Assembly: GCA_965277405.1 (NCBI GenBank)
Contig: OZ255726.1
Span: 1,568,001 to 1,632,000, forward strand
DNA length: 64,000 nt
Source: Gammaproteobacteria bacterium
GTDB taxonomy: Bacteria; Pseudomonadota; Gammaproteobacteria; G965277405
Direction of reading: 5' to 3'
Shown: one piece after another, positions 51,682 to 62,837 of the stretch
How the letters are laid out: each line of letters begins with the position of its first letter
Numbering within the stretch: position 1 is the stretch's first letter
Translations under genes and position numbers: made by a program
The notes under the pieces: model-generated
Seen by the model: the letters and a program-made list of their open reading frames with translations, nothing else
What the model was told of the DNA's origin: nothing
Databases searched by the model: none

Positions 51682-51734
51682 ATAACAGCTACCCTGCCAC
51701 TAAATTCTTTTGACAAAAAGACCCTTGCTTGGCG

Positions 51735-53282
51735 TTAAAACACCACACTGGGCAGCCATATTGCCAACGACGGCCACAGCCAGAGCACAGCAATGCCCAG
51801 CACCTGCAACGCGATAAACGGCATCACGCCAGCATAAATATGCCTAGTAGTAATTTCTGGTGGGGCGGCACTGCGCAGGTAAAACAGCGAGAAACCAAAG
51901 GGCGGCGTTAAGAACGATGTCTGCAGATTGATGGCAATTAATATTGCCAGCCAGACAGGATCATGACCCATCATAATCAAGCTCGGCACAATCAACGGCA
52001 GCAGAATTACGCTGATTTCGACAAAATCCAAGAAAAATCCCAGCATGAAAATCAGTACCATGCAGAAGATCAACGCCCCTGTTGGACCGTGGGGCAGCGA
52101 CGCAAGGATTTGTATAACATGGTCCTTACCGCCCAAGCCGATAAACACCAGCGAGAACATGCTGGCCGTCAGGATGGTAGCAAAAATCATCGCTGTTATG
52201 GTCATGGTTGATGTCAATGCCGATGTCAGCACACCACTCTTCCAAGCCTGTTGTAGAGATAACGCCAGCGCAGCAACGCCAGCAATTGCCAGCACGACAT
52301 ATCCTGCACCAACAACGTAGTCAAACCCAGTCAAATCACTGCGCTGCAGCCGTACTGGCACAATCCTTGCGACCACAGCAACGAGCAGCAACGCAGCCGT
52401 GCCAGCCAATATTAGCTGGCGATTGGGACTTTGGCGGATGCCAGCCATCAGCATCGCCCCAATTGCGCCCACCGATGCCGCCTCGGTTGGGGAGGCGATC
52501 CCAACAAGAATCGCGCCCAGTACCGCAATGATCAGCAACACTGGCGGCAAAATGGCGCGCAATACCTCGCCCATGTGCGGGCGGCCATCGTCACTTTGCA
52601 CAGGGGGCATGTCCTGAGGCCGCAAATAGCCCAAAATCAGAACATAGCCAATATAGATGGCTACCAGCGTCAGACCTGGGAACAATGCAGCAGCAAATAT
52701 CTGCCCGACAGAAATGGTTTCGATGCTAAATTTACCATGTTCATACTGCGCCTGCTGATAGGAAGACGACATCACATCCGACAAAATAATCAGTAAAGTT
52801 GACGGTGGAATGATCTGCCCGAGCGTGCCCGCCGTGCAAACAAGCCCAGACGCCAGTTTAGGATTGTATCCAGTGCGCAACATGGTCGGCAGCGCAATCA
52901 TACCCATGGCAATCACGGTCGCCCCAACAATCCCAGTAGATGCCGCCAATAATGTGCCGACCAAAATCACCGCAATGCCGAGACCACCGCGTAACTGACC
53001 AAACAACCTACCCATGGTATGCAGCAGTTCTGCGGCGATGTGCGATCGTTCCAGGACTACACCCATCATCACAAATAGCGGAATCGCAATCAGGACATCA
53101 TTGGTCAGCGTGCCAAAAAACCGCTGCCCCAGCGAACGCAGCAACGCGATATTCATGACGTCTGACGCCCAGCCGATATAGGCGAAAATCACCGCCACCC
53201 CAGCAATCGAGAACAACACTGGAAATCCCAACAGGATGCAGCCGAGCAGGGCGGCAAACATCAAAAAATCAAGATATTCCAT
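51735..53282 (-). CDS. dctM: TRAP transporter large permease
   Basis: LIAIPLFVMMG, GTLGQIIPPS and QTSFLTPPFG motifs. True start is MEYLDF at 53282; the longer track ORF starts inside the MITE. Confidence 0.92.
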   Translation of the reverse strand: MEYLDFLMFAALLGCILLGFPVLFSIAGVAVIFAYIGWASDVMNIALLRSLGQRFFGTLTNDVLIAIPLFVMMGVVLERSHIAAELLHTMGRLFGQLRGGLGIAVILVGTLLAASTGIVGATVIAMGMIALPTMLRTGYNPKLASGLVCTAGTLGQIIPPSTLLIILSDVMSSSYQQAQYEHGKFSIETISVGQIFAAALFPGLTLVAIYIGYVLILGYLRPQDMPPVQSDDGRPHMGEVLRAILPPVLLIIAVLGAILVGIASPTEAASVGAIGAMLMAGIRQSPNRQLILAGTAALLLVAVVARIVPVRLQRSDLTGFDYVVGAGYVVLAIAGVAALALSLQQAWKSGVLTSALTSTMTITAMIFATILTASMFSLVFIGLGGKDHVIQILASLPHGPTGALIFCMVLIFMLGFFLDFVEISVILLPLIVPSLIMMGHDPVWLAILIAINLQTSFLTPPFGFSLFYLRSAAPPEITTRHIYAGVMPFIALQVLGIAVLWLWPSLAIWLPSVVF

Positions 53283-53285
53283 TAG

Positions 53286-53580
53286 GGAACCTCTGATTAA
53301 CTCGCTGATGGAGCGAGTTTGATGGCAATTGCTGATGATTGCAAGGCGCATTCCGAGAGCGCATGACCTAGCATATACGCCAAGGGATGCAACCCAGCCA
53401 GCGTAAGCAATTGCCGCAAACCGTTATATATGCAACACAACGACGCGAAAAAACACTGCGCTGCGTCGTTGCAGCACTTGGCAACACCCACAAGACCACC
53501 AGTATTAGTTGCGCACTGCGCTTAAGTTTCATCAGCGTTTTTTCTCCGTCTCGCCCGTCATGGACTTAAGCAGATCTTCC
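53286..53580 (+). mobile_element. Complete MITE copy between dctQ and dctM
   Basis: TIRs present; TTAG duplication at 53282-53285 and 53581-53584. Confidence 0.93.
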
Positions 53581-54096
53581 TTAGTAATCCTTGCTGGCAA
53601 CGCCACCGCGCAAAATAATAATTTGCCGCAGCAGGCAGGATACAGACTGAATAAGCAACAGAACACAAAATGCTAAAATAAATGATTTAAGCAACCACAC
53701 CGCAGGAATACCGCCTACCGAAATTGCGCCTTCCATAATCAAGACTGAATTCAGCACCGATGGCCAGGTCCAGTATAACAATGCCGACATTGATGGGATC
53801 GCTAATACGGCAAAGCCAAACGTATCAATTCGCGCCTTGGTCATCTTGCGTGCAGTCGCATAGAAAATATCGACGCGCACATGGCGGTTGACCAACAACG
53901 TATAGCCAGCACCTAGCATAAAAAGCCCAGCATGCAGATAAAGAACGCTTTCATTGAGCGCGATTGAACTGAACCCGAAAACATAGCGCAGCAACACCAC
54001 AGCAAACTGCACAAGAACCATTAGCAGAGCAAACCAACGCACAGTCATTCCTGTCCACAGGTTGACTTGATCGAGCATATCAGCAATACGTTGCAT
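53581..54096 (-). CDS. dctQ: TRAP transporter small permease
   Basis: VVLLRYVF and GYTLLVNRHVRVDIFY motifs; four TMs; start approximate. Confidence 0.9.
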   Translation of the reverse strand: MQRIADMLDQVNLWTGMTVRWFALLMVLVQFAVVLLRYVFGFSSIALNESVLYLHAGLFMLGAGYTLLVNRHVRVDIFYATARKMTKARIDTFGFAVLAIPSMSALLYWTWPSVLNSVLIMEGAISVGGIPAVWLLKSFILAFCVLLLIQSVSCLLRQIIILRGGVASKDY

Positions 54097-54159
54097 GCAA
54101 TTTCTTAGCAAATGCCACAACCAGCGCAACGGATAGCCCCCGCACTGGTTTAATTTGCA

Positions 54160-55257
54160 TCAATAGCCAAGCACTTTGGCGCGTGCATTCATCTGACCAT
54201 TATCAGCATAGGTCATGTAACCCCCAATCAAATCGCGATAGGCAACGAAGCTTGCCACGATTTTGCGCGTCAGCGCATCATCGCTTGCTCGTAATTCGTC
54301 AATCACTGCGGCTGCGGCCTTACCCATGGCGTCAATGACATCAGCTGGCAGCATCCGGACTTTAACGCCTTGATCCGCAACTAGTTGCTGCAATGCGATG
54401 GCATGCTTCGTCTCGTATTCGGTCCAGACCTCATTATACAAGCTGTCACAGGCAAACTTGACCACTACTTGCAAATCTTGAGGAAGATCGGCAAACGTCT
54501 TGGCATTGATCGCACATTCTTCGGCCGAGGACGGCTCACCTACACCAGGCCAATAATAGTTTTTGGCAACCTGATAGAAACCAAGCGCACTATCTGACCA
54601 TGGACCAATAAACTCGCCAGCATCAAGCGCTCCTGACTGCAGCGCCTGAAACATGTCACGCCCGCCCATCGCCTGCACCGCCATGCCAAGTTTGGAACAC
54701 ATTTCTGATGCCAGCCCAGTGGTGCGGAATTTTAGTCCTTTCAAATCATCGACTGAATTGATTTCTTTGTGGAACCATCCAGCCCATTGCGGGCCAGAAT
54801 TGCCGCATAGGAATGGCTTTAAGCCAAATTTCGCATACATTTCATCGTAGAGTTGCTGACCGCCTCCATGGGCAAGCCAGCCTACCTGTTCATCGGCACG
54901 CAGACCAAATGGCTGCGAACCGAACAACAAAATACCCTTGGATTTCGACCCCCAATACGCTGGAATTGCATGGTACAATTCAACCGTGCCTTCGGAAACA
55001 GCATCAAAAACGCCATTGCCAGGCACTAATTCGCCAGCAGCATGGAGCTTGACTTCTATCCGTCCTCCAGAAAGAGTCGTGATACGATCAGCCAGTTTTT
55101 GTGCTGCCACCCCAGGACCTGGTAAGTTTTTAGGCCATGCGGTGACCATGTTCCACTGGCGTTTATCCTTTGCAAGCGCAGGCGTTGCCAATGTTGCGGC
55201 TGCTGCGGCTGCTCCCATGCTGGTCACGCCAGCTGTCAAAAATTCACGTCTTTTCAT
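54160..55257 (-). CDS. dctP: TRAP transporter substrate-binding protein (Tat signal)
   Basis: KRREFL twin-arginine signal, DLKGLKFR, ALQSGALDAGE and YYWPG motifs. Confidence 0.92.
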   Translation of the reverse strand: MKRREFLTAGVTSMGAAAAAATLATPALAKDKRQWNMVTAWPKNLPGPGVAAQKLADRITTLSGGRIEVKLHAAGELVPGNGVFDAVSEGTVELYHAIPAYWGSKSKGILLFGSQPFGLRADEQVGWLAHGGGQQLYDEMYAKFGLKPFLCGNSGPQWAGWFHKEINSVDDLKGLKFRTTGLASEMCSKLGMAVQAMGGRDMFQALQSGALDAGEFIGPWSDSALGFYQVAKNYYWPGVGEPSSAEECAINAKTFADLPQDLQVVVKFACDSLYNEVWTEYETKHAIALQQLVADQGVKVRMLPADVIDAMGKAAAAVIDELRASDDALTRKIVASFVAYRDLIGGYMTYADNGQMNARAKVLGY

Positions 55258-55352
55258 GTTATAAATCCTCCTTGATTGAACTGCGAATAAGTTTGTAATA
55301 CAGGTATTTCCCCCGTTTTGTTACTCTCACTTGATTTTCTTGAACCCCGATT

Positions 55353-57038
55353 TTAGGAAGCAAGAATCCCGGGCAGATGCAGCCCGTGTTGCTGCGCGCA
55401 TTCGATGGCAATGTCGTAGCCAGCATCGGCATGACGCATCACACCGGTTGCTGGGTCATTCCAAAGCACGCGTTTAATCCTAGCTGCGGCGTCTGCGCTG
55501 CCGTCGCAACAGATCACCATGCCGGCATGCTGCGAAAATCCCATGCCAACCCCGCCGCCGTGATGGAACGAGACCCAAGTCGCCCCTGAGGCGCAATTCA
55601 GTAGCGCATTCAGCAACGGCCAGTCACTGACGGCATCCGACCCATCTTTCATAGCTTCTGTTTCACGGTTGGGACTTGCGACCGATCCGCTATCTAGATG
55701 GTCGCGGCCGATCACCACTGGGGCTTGCAGCTCGCCATTTTTGACCATTTCATTAAATGCCAGCCCCAACCGATGCCGCTGCCCCAGACCAACCCAGCAA
55801 ATACGCGCGGGCAGCCCTTGAAAGGCGATGCGATCGCGCGCCATGTCCAGCCAATTATGCAGGTGTTCATCATCTGGGATCAGTTCCTTTACCTTATGAT
55901 CGGTCTTATAAATATCTTCGGGGTCACCAGAAAGTGCTACCCAACGGAATGGTCCGATCCCCTGACAAAATAACGGGCGGATATAAGCCGCGACAAACCC
56001 TGGAAACGCAAACGCTGTTGCCAAACCTTCTTCAAGCGCCACTTGTCGAATATTGTTGCCATAATCAACTGTCGGGATTCCAGCATTATGGAAGGCAACC
56101 ATGGCTTCGACCTGAACACGCATCGATGCCCGCGCAGCTGTTGCGACTGCCTGCGGATTACTTTGCTGTTGTTCGCGCCATTGCGCCACATTCCAGCTTT
56201 GCGGCAAATACCCATGCACAGGGTCATGTGCCGATGTCTGATCAGTGACGATATGCGGGCGCACGCCGCGTTTGACCAGCTCTGGAAACACATCGGCAGC
56301 ATTCCCAATCAGGGCAACCGATTTGGTTTCGCCCGCCTGTATCCAGCGATCAATCATCGCCAATGCCTCGTCCAGCGCATCGGTTTTTGCATCGACATAG
56401 CGAGTCCGTAGGCGGATATCGGCGCGCGCTTCATCGCATTCAACCGCCAAACAACACGCCCCAGCCATTACCGCTGCCAATGGCTGGGCGCCACCCATGC
56501 CACCTAGCCCTGCCGTCAGTATCCAGCGCCCCTTCAGGCTGCCGTTATAATGTTGGCGTCCAGCCGCGACGAAGGTTTCATAAGTCCCCTGCACAATGCC
56601 CTGTGAGCCGATATAAACCCACGAACCAGCTGTCATCTGCCCATACATTGCCAGACCCTTTTTGTCGAGTTCATTGAAATTATCCCAGTTCGCCCAATGC
56701 GGCACCAGGTTGGAATTGGCGATCAAAACGCGGGGCGCATTGGTATGCGTACGGAACACACCGACCGGCTTGCCCGACTGCACCAGCAACGTCTCGTCAT
56801 CTTCCAACTCTTTCAGGCTGGCAACGATCAGGTCAAAATCCTTCCATGTGCGCGCCGCCCGACCAATCCCGCCATACACCACCAACTCATGCGGGTTTTC
56901 GGCAACATCGGGGTGCAGGTTGTTCATCAGCATGCGCATCGGCGCTTCAGTCATCCAGCTTTTTGCGGTGATGACGCTACCAGTTGCGGGAAAAACATCA
57001 CGCCGACTATGACGCGGATTGTGATTCTGTGTACTCAT
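55353..57038 (-). CDS. hutU: Urocanate hydratase
   Basis: [37 protein letters not shown] and HHGGGVGMG motifs. Confidence 0.98.
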   Translation of the reverse strand: MSTQNHNPRHSRRDVFPATGSVITAKSWMTEAPMRMLMNNLHPDVAENPHELVVYGGIGRAARTWKDFDLIVASLKELEDDETLLVQSGKPVGVFRTHTNAPRVLIANSNLVPHWANWDNFNELDKKGLAMYGQMTAGSWVYIGSQGIVQGTYETFVAAGRQHYNGSLKGRWILTAGLGGMGGAQPLAAVMAGACCLAVECDEARADIRLRTRYVDAKTDALDEALAMIDRWIQAGETKSVALIGNAADVFPELVKRGVRPHIVTDQTSAHDPVHGYLPQSWNVAQWREQQQSNPQAVATAARASMRVQVEAMVAFHNAGIPTVDYGNNIRQVALEEGLATAFAFPGFVAAYIRPLFCQGIGPFRWVALSGDPEDIYKTDHKVKELIPDDEHLHNWLDMARDRIAFQGLPARICWVGLGQRHRLGLAFNEMVKNGELQAPVVIGRDHLDSGSVASPNRETEAMKDGSDAVSDWPLLNALLNCASGATWVSFHHGGGVGMGFSQHAGMVICCDGSADAAARIKRVLWNDPATGVMRHADAGYDIAIECAQQHGLHLPGILAS

Positions 57039-57859
57039 AATGTGCCTCTTAGAGGATCTCTGATTAAAGTCGGTGCCAATCTGGTCAAAGTTGCAAGAAT
57101 AGCAGTCAGATAGCCACGCAGCTGCGCCGCACGCCTCTTATCATAGCTCCAAGGGGGCGCCTCGGCCGACAGATACGCCGACTGGGCTAGCTCCATTTGG
57201 ATAGCATGTTGACAGATATCGGGGCGGCCGTAATGACGCGTGGTCCAGCCACCCTGAAAACGACCGTTACAAACGGATGAATAGCCGCTGGCCGCTGCGC
57301 AAATCTTGCGGGTTGCAGCTTCAATCACCGCTGCACATGTTGTGCCCAGATTGGTGCCGATATTAAAATCTGGCAGCGTGCCGGCAAACAGGAACGCAAT
57401 ACGCGAGCGAATAGAATGACAGTCATACAGGATTACCACACCATGTTGGTGACGCACGCGTTCAAGCTCGCGGGATAATGCCTGATGATATGGTGCGTGG
57501 AAATTATCAGTTCGCAACGCGATATCATTGGTATCTGGAACGTGGTTCCAAATATTGTTACCGTCAAAATCGGTTAGCGGCACGAGGGCTGTGATATTTT
57601 GGCCAGGGTATAAGCTAGCCCCTGCTGGATCACGGTTAGCATCAATTACATAGCGGTGAAAGGTCGCCCTGACACTGGTCACACCTGGCAACAAGCCGTC
57701 ATACAGCTGCTGGATATGCCAATCGGTATCGGTCAACTTTCTGCCCCGGTCGTTTAGTTTAGCGGCAATATCAGCGGGTATAAAAGTCCCAGTATGGGGC
57801 ATTCCCAGCACAATCGGCCCGTCGCCACGCTGGATTTCTACCGCGTCAACCTTAGTCAT
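57035..57859 (-). CDS. hutG: N-formylglutamate deformylase
   Basis: [25 protein letters not shown] and [14 protein letters not shown] motifs. Confidence 0.95.
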   Translation of the reverse strand: MTKVDAVEIQRGDGPIVLGMPHTGTFIPADIAAKLNDRGRKLTDTDWHIQQLYDGLLPGVTSVRATFHRYVIDANRDPAGASLYPGQNITALVPLTDFDGNNIWNHVPDTNDIALRTDNFHAPYHQALSRELERVRHQHGVVILYDCHSIRSRIAFLFAGTLPDFNIGTNLGTTCAAVIEAATRKICAAASGYSSVCNGRFQGGWTTRHYGRPDICQHAIQMELAQSAYLSAEAPPWSYDKRRAAQLRGYLTAILATLTRLAPTLIRDPLRGTL

Positions 57860-59397
57860 ACGCCACCGCCCACCACAAAACCTGAAAGTTTTGCTGTTGC
57901 GACAACATGACCATCGCTGACAAGTTCGGCAGACTTAGCCATATCTGGCGCCATATAACGGTCTTGTTGCATGGATTGAATATCTTTGCGCAGCATCGCT
58001 ACCACCGCCTGCAGAGCGCTGCTGGTTGTAAGTGGAGCACGAAATTCGACCCCCTGCGCGCCACAGATCAGCTCAACCCCTAGAATATTGGAGAGATTGG
58101 CATTCATGCTCGCCAGCCGCCGTGCGCCGTAGGCCGCCATCGACACATGATCTTCCTGGTTGGCACTGGTCGGTGTTGAATCGGTCGAGCAGGGATTGGC
58201 AAGATGCTTGTTTTCGCTCATCAGCGCTGCCGTTGTGACCTCGGCAATCATCAGGCCAGAGTTTAAGCCTGGTTCTGGTGTAAGGAACGGCGGCAAGTCA
58301 TGCGACAGGGTCGGATCAACCATCAACGCTACGCGGCGCTGGGCAATCGCGCCAATCTCGGCAATAGCCAAAGCAATCAGATCGGCAGCAAATGCCACTG
58401 GTTCGGCGTGAAAATTACCCCCAGAGACAATACGGCCGTCTGCTTGCAAGACCAGCGGGTTGTCGGTGGCAGCATTCGCCTCGATTGCTAATGTCTGCCC
58501 AGCAAAGCGCAACAGATCCATCGCCGCTCCAGTGACTTGCGGTTGACAGCGGATGCAATACGGGTCCTGAACACGGGTATCGTTGTCGCGGTGGCTTTCT
58601 CGGATTGCCGATCCTGCCATCAGGTTGCGCATCGCCCGCGCTACATTGATCTGCCCTAGATGCCCGCGCAGGGCATGGATTTCTGCTGTCAGCGGCTCGG
58701 TTGACCCCATGATGGCATCGGTCGATAACGACGCGCTGACAAGCGAGGTTGCGGCATTGCGCCAAGCAGAAAACAGCCCCACCAGCGCGCATGCGGTTGA
58801 AAACTGCGTGCCATTGATCAGTGCCAGTCCTTCTTTTGGCCCCAGTACCACAGGCTTGAGACCAGCCCTAGCCAATGCCTTAGCACCAGTAAGCGTTTCA
58901 CCTTGATACACCGCCTTACCTGCGCCAATCATCACCGCGGACATATGGGCGAGAGGAGCCAAATCGCCAGAAGCGCCAACCGACCCTTGTGATGGCACGA
59001 CTGGGGTCACACCATGTTGCAGCATTTCCTCAATCATCGCGATGATGTCCCAGCGCACACCCGACGCTCCACGGCCAAGCGACAGTAATTTTAACGCCAT
59101 CATCAAACGGACTGTCGGCATATCAAGGGCAGTCCCCACCCCACAGCAATGACTCAGGATCAAGTTGCGCTGCAGTGTTTCGGTATCTGTTTTGGCAATC
59201 TTGACCGCTGCCAGTTTGCCAAAACCAGTATTGACCCCGTAAACTGCCTTGCTGCCTGCGGCGGCGGCGCATACCAGAGCGTTTGCGGCCTCGACCCCAG
59301 CCTTGGACGCTGGGTCTAGCTTGACCGCTGCCTCGCTGCGCAAAATATGTTCAAAATCAGCTAGTTTCGCCAAAGTAGGGGTGAGGATGACCGTCAT
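57856..59397 (-). CDS. hutH: Histidine ammonia-lyase
   Basis: [20 protein letters not shown] (MIO) and [10 protein letters not shown] motifs. Confidence 0.98.
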   Translation of the reverse strand: MTVILTPTLAKLADFEHILRSEAAVKLDPASKAGVEAANALVCAAAAGSKAVYGVNTGFGKLAAVKIAKTDTETLQRNLILSHCCGVGTALDMPTVRLMMALKLLSLGRGASGVRWDIIAMIEEMLQHGVTPVVPSQGSVGASGDLAPLAHMSAVMIGAGKAVYQGETLTGAKALARAGLKPVVLGPKEGLALINGTQFSTACALVGLFSAWRNAATSLVSASLSTDAIMGSTEPLTAEIHALRGHLGQINVARAMRNLMAGSAIRESHRDNDTRVQDPYCIRCQPQVTGAAMDLLRFAGQTLAIEANAATDNPLVLQADGRIVSGGNFHAEPVAFAADLIALAIAEIGAIAQRRVALMVDPTLSHDLPPFLTPEPGLNSGLMIAEVTTAALMSENKHLANPCSTDSTPTSANQEDHVSMAAYGARRLASMNANLSNILGVELICGAQGVEFRAPLTTSSALQAVVAMLRKDIQSMQQDRYMAPDMAKSAELVSDGHVVATAKLSGFVVGGGV

Positions 59398-60677
59398 TTG
59401 CCATCCTGGAAAAACGCTGGGCTGGCTGGGCTAGGGCGCGTTGCTGCGCGCTGATATCGCGCTGGGGCATCGCCAAAAATACGTTCAAACAACGGGTTAA
59501 ACCCGATACGGTACGAAAGTTCAGCGGGGTGTTGCACATCCCAGATCGCAAGATCAGCACGCATGCCAGCTTTGACCTGACCAGTATCTAACAGCCCCAA
59601 CGCCCGTGCGGCATGGACTGTCGCCCCGACCAAGGATTCTTCTGGTGTTAATTTGAACAATGTGCAGCACATATTCATCGCCAATAGGATAGATGTCAGC
59701 GGTGATGTCCCAGGATTGCAATCAGTGGCGACGGCCATTGGCACGCCATGCTGGCGCAACGCAGCAAGCGGCGGCAACTGCGTTGCTTGTAGCGTGTAAA
59801 ACGCGCCAGGCAGCAACACTGCGACCGACCCAGCTGCCGCCATTGCCTTGACGTCGTCTTCATTGGCATATTCGATATGATCAACGGAAATCGCGCCATA
59901 TTCAGCAGCCAATTTGCTGCCGCCGCTGTTAGAAAGCTGCTCTGCATGCAGCTTGACTGGTATCTCAAGCTTGGCAGCCACGTCAAACACACGTTTGATC
60001 TGCACAGTGTCAAAGGCAATCCCTTCACAGAATCCGTCGACTGCATCGACCAGCCCTTCGGCATGGGCAGCACGCAGGGTCGGGATGCAGACCTCGTCGA
60101 TATAACGATCTGCATCGCCTTGATATTCTGTAGGGGTAGCGTGCGCGCCAAGGAACGTGGTTTTGATCCGCACCGCACGATAATCGGCAATCAAACGGGC
60201 AGCGCGCAGCATATTTAGTTCCGTCTGCCGATCCAGTCCATATCCAGATTTGACCTCGATTACGCTAACACCTGTGGCGAGCAGCGCATCCACACGCGGC
60301 AATGCGCTTGCCAGCAATTCGTCAACATTGGCTTGGCGCGTTGCGGACACGGTCGACATAATGCCGCCACCTGCACGGGAAACTTCTGCATAACTTGCCC
60401 CTTCCAGCCGCATCGCAAACTCAACCGCACGATTGCCGCCATATAGCAGATGGGTGTGGCAGTCGATCAAGGCTGGGGTGATCAGGCGACCTGCAAGGTC
60501 GCGAACAGGGAAGTGTTGTCGGTCTGTATATTCTGCGGGGATGGAGTCGGCGTTACCGACCCAGACGATCTTGTTGGCTGCGATCGCAACCGCGCCGTTA
60601 TCCCTCATACAATAAGAATACTGGCTCGCGCCTGGTGCGTGTTCAATCGTGGCGATTTTCGCGTTTTTTAACAACAT
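59394..60677 (-). CDS. hutI: Imidazolonepropionase
   Basis: [21 protein letters not shown] and ATDCNPG motifs. Confidence 0.97.
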   Translation of the reverse strand: MLLKNAKIATIEHAPGASQYSYCMRDNGAVAIAANKIVWVGNADSIPAEYTDRQHFPVRDLAGRLITPALIDCHTHLLYGGNRAVEFAMRLEGASYAEVSRAGGGIMSTVSATRQANVDELLASALPRVDALLATGVSVIEVKSGYGLDRQTELNMLRAARLIADYRAVRIKTTFLGAHATPTEYQGDADRYIDEVCIPTLRAAHAEGLVDAVDGFCEGIAFDTVQIKRVFDVAAKLEIPVKLHAEQLSNSGGSKLAAEYGAISVDHIEYANEDDVKAMAAAGSVAVLLPGAFYTLQATQLPPLAALRQHGVPMAVATDCNPGTSPLTSILLAMNMCCTLFKLTPEESLVGATVHAARALGLLDTGQVKAGMRADLAIWDVQHPAELSYRIGFNPLFERIFGDAPARYQRAATRPSPASPAFFQDGK

Positions 60678-60717
60678 GACGGCGCATCACTCCTTGATAA
60701 GTCTAGTATTGAATTAT

Positions 60718-60735
60718 ATTATGTCTATACATAAT
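60718..60735. promoter_or_regulatory. HutC operator in the divergent hutI/hutF promoter
   Basis: Near-perfect palindrome ATTATGTCTATACATAAT whose core resembles the HutC site TGTA-N2-TACA. Confidence 0.8.
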
Positions 60736-60760
60736 ATCTCTGTCAAGACGGACATACACA

Positions 60761-62125
60761 ATGCAAGTTATTTGGACAAATCAGGCGTTAACGACTGCTG
60801 GTTGGGAACAAAACGTGCGAGTCGTAATTGGTGATGATGGTAGAATTGCTAGCATTCAGGCAGATGTAGCTGCGACGGGCACCACTGTTGGCATATTATT
60901 GCCCGCCATTTCTAACCTGCACAGCCATGCCTTTCAGCGCGCCATGGCTGGCTTAACCGAAAAACGCGGTCTTAATCCGCTGGATACGTTTTGGACATGG
61001 CGGCAATTGATGTTTCGCTTTCTTAACCAGTTGACCCCCGATCATGTCGAAGCGATCGCAGCCTTTGTCCAGATGGAAATGCTGGAAGCCGGTTATGCCA
61101 ACAATACTGAGTTTCATTACCTACATCACCAGCCAGGTGGGCATTTGTATGACAATATCGCCGAAATGGCCGAACGCATTGCCAGTGCGACCAGCCACAC
61201 TGGTATCGGTCTGACATTATTGCCCGTACATTACCAGTTTGGCGGATGTGACAAACGCCCACTGGGTCTAGGACAAATCCGCTTTGGCAACGATCAGGAT
61301 CGCTTCGCTAAATTGTATCAAAAATCTGTACAGACCCTGCAACACCTGCCAGCAGATACCCGCATGGGAGTGGCGCCGCATTCGCTGCGCGCGATCGACC
61401 GCGCTGACTTGGTTTTGACAGCCCAGTTGTCTAGAGACGGCTTGGTGCACATGCATCTGGCCGAACAGATCGCCGAAGTCGAGGAAGTAGCCGCATGCTG
61501 GGGTAGACGCCCGGTCGAATGGCTGCTTGATAACGTCAACATTGATGAAAACTGGTGTCTGATTCATTGCACCCAAATGCAGGAACACGAAACACAGGGT
61601 CTTGCCAAAACAAGGGCGGTGGTGGGACTGTGCCCGATCACAGAATCAAGCTTGGGTGACGGTATTTTTGACGGCGTGCGCTATCTTGCAGGCGGCGGCA
61701 AGATTGGCATCGGCTCGGATGCCAATATCCGCATTTCCTTATCCGAGGAAATCCGCACCTTGGAATACAGCCAGCGTTTGCGCGACAATTCGCGCGCGGT
61801 CTTTGCCAACACTGCAAAATCCACGGGGCGTCGCCTGTACGAGGAAGTTGCGCGCGGCGGTGCGCTGGCAGCTGGTCGCGACGCAGGAAGAATTGAGGTT
61901 GGCGCGCTAGCTGATCTGCTGGCGCTTGACGCTGCGGCAGTTAATCTGATCGGGCGGACAGGCGATACGATTCTGGATACGTATATCTTTGCTGGAGATG
62001 ATCGCATGGTGCGTGATGTCTGGTCTGCTGGTCGCCATATGGTGAAAAATGGGCAGCATGTTGCCCATGATGCGCTTACCAACAACTACCGGCAGGTGAT
62101 GAAACAACTCAGGGAAGTAGTCTGA
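60761..62125 (+). CDS. hutF: Formimidoylglutamate deiminase
   Basis: NLHSHAFQRAMAG, EFHYLHH, APHSLRA and HMHLAEQ motifs. Confidence 0.97.
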   Translation: MQVIWTNQALTTAGWEQNVRVVIGDDGRIASIQADVAATGTTVGILLPAISNLHSHAFQRAMAGLTEKRGLNPLDTFWTWRQLMFRFLNQLTPDHVEAIAAFVQMEMLEAGYANNTEFHYLHHQPGGHLYDNIAEMAERIASATSHTGIGLTLLPVHYQFGGCDKRPLGLGQIRFGNDQDRFAKLYQKSVQTLQHLPADTRMGVAPHSLRAIDRADLVLTAQLSRDGLVHMHLAEQIAEVEEVAACWGRRPVEWLLDNVNIDENWCLIHCTQMQEHETQGLAKTRAVVGLCPITESSLGDGIFDGVRYLAGGGKIGIGSDANIRISLSEEIRTLEYSQRLRDNSRAVFANTAKSTGRRLYEEVARGGALAAGRDAGRIEVGALADLLALDAAAVNLIGRTGDTILDTYIFAGDDRMVRDVWSAGRHMVKNGQHVAHDALTNNYRQVMKQLREVV

Positions 62126-62154
62126 GCGCAGCAGCACCAACCAACTGGCAAAGT

Positions 62155-62823
62155 GTGCATGACGCGGTGTTACACCGCATTCATAGCCGTGAATGGCAGC
62201 CAGGGGGTAAGATTCCCAAGGAAGCCGACCTTGCTGAACAGTTAGGCTGCGCGCGCGCCACGGTCAACCGCGCATTGCGCCAGCTCGCAGCTGACGGTTT
62301 TTTGGAGCGCCGCCGCAAAGCCGGAACCCGCGTTGCCGCCTATCCGGTCAAACGAGTCAAACTTAATATTCCGGTGATCCGGCTTGAGATCGAGGGTCGC
62401 GGTCAGCAATACGAGTATGACCTGCTAGCTAGCCAACGCCGCCATCCGCCACCAGCAATATGCGCCGAGCTTAGGGTCACGCCCGCAAGCGATATGCTGT
62501 ATATCACCTCGTTACATTTGGCCGATGGCAGACCGTATATGTTTGAAGAACGCTGGGTAGCGGTTGCGGCTATACCGCAAATCGTCACTGCCGACCTGGC
62601 TACAATAAGTGCCAATGAATGGCTGGTGCTGCATGCGCCCTATACCAAGGGCTGCATGTCATTTTCTGCAGTGCTGGCATCAGCTAACGACGCTAGTATC
62701 CTGCGCACCAACAAGGATGCGCCGCTATTTTTGATTAACCGTAACACGTGGGCAGGCGATCGTGGCATTACATCGGTGCGGCTGTTATTTGCTCCTGGCT
62801 ACCGCATGCACATTGGCATTTAA
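62155..62823 (+). CDS. hutC: Histidine utilisation repressor (GntR HTH + UTRA)
   Basis: IPKEADLA...RATVNRAL...GTRV HTH plus UTRA domain; the real start may be further upstream. Confidence 0.88.
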   Translation: MHDAVLHRIHSREWQPGGKIPKEADLAEQLGCARATVNRALRQLAADGFLERRRKAGTRVAAYPVKRVKLNIPVIRLEIEGRGQQYEYDLLASQRRHPPPAICAELRVTPASDMLYITSLHLADGRPYMFEERWVAVAAIPQIVTADLATISANEWLVLHAPYTKGCMSFSAVLASANDASILRTNKDAPLFLINRNTWAGDRGITSVRLLFAPGYRMHIGI

Positions 62824-62837
62824 TTTTTTTGAATTAG

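Noticed and set aside
53283-53351. N-terminal extension MRLAIISNCHQ... of DctM in the ORF track
   Set aside because: It is MITE sequence; the native start is the ATG at 53282.
57054-57071. TIR-like GGATCTCTGATTAAAGTC at the hutG 3' end
   Set aside because: Short imperfect match with no internal element sequence or TSD; it could be a scar but cannot be supported.
54385-62140. Many antisense and alternate-frame ORFs over the hut/TRAP genes
   Set aside because: Expected shadows of GC-rich coding sequence; no recognisable motifs.
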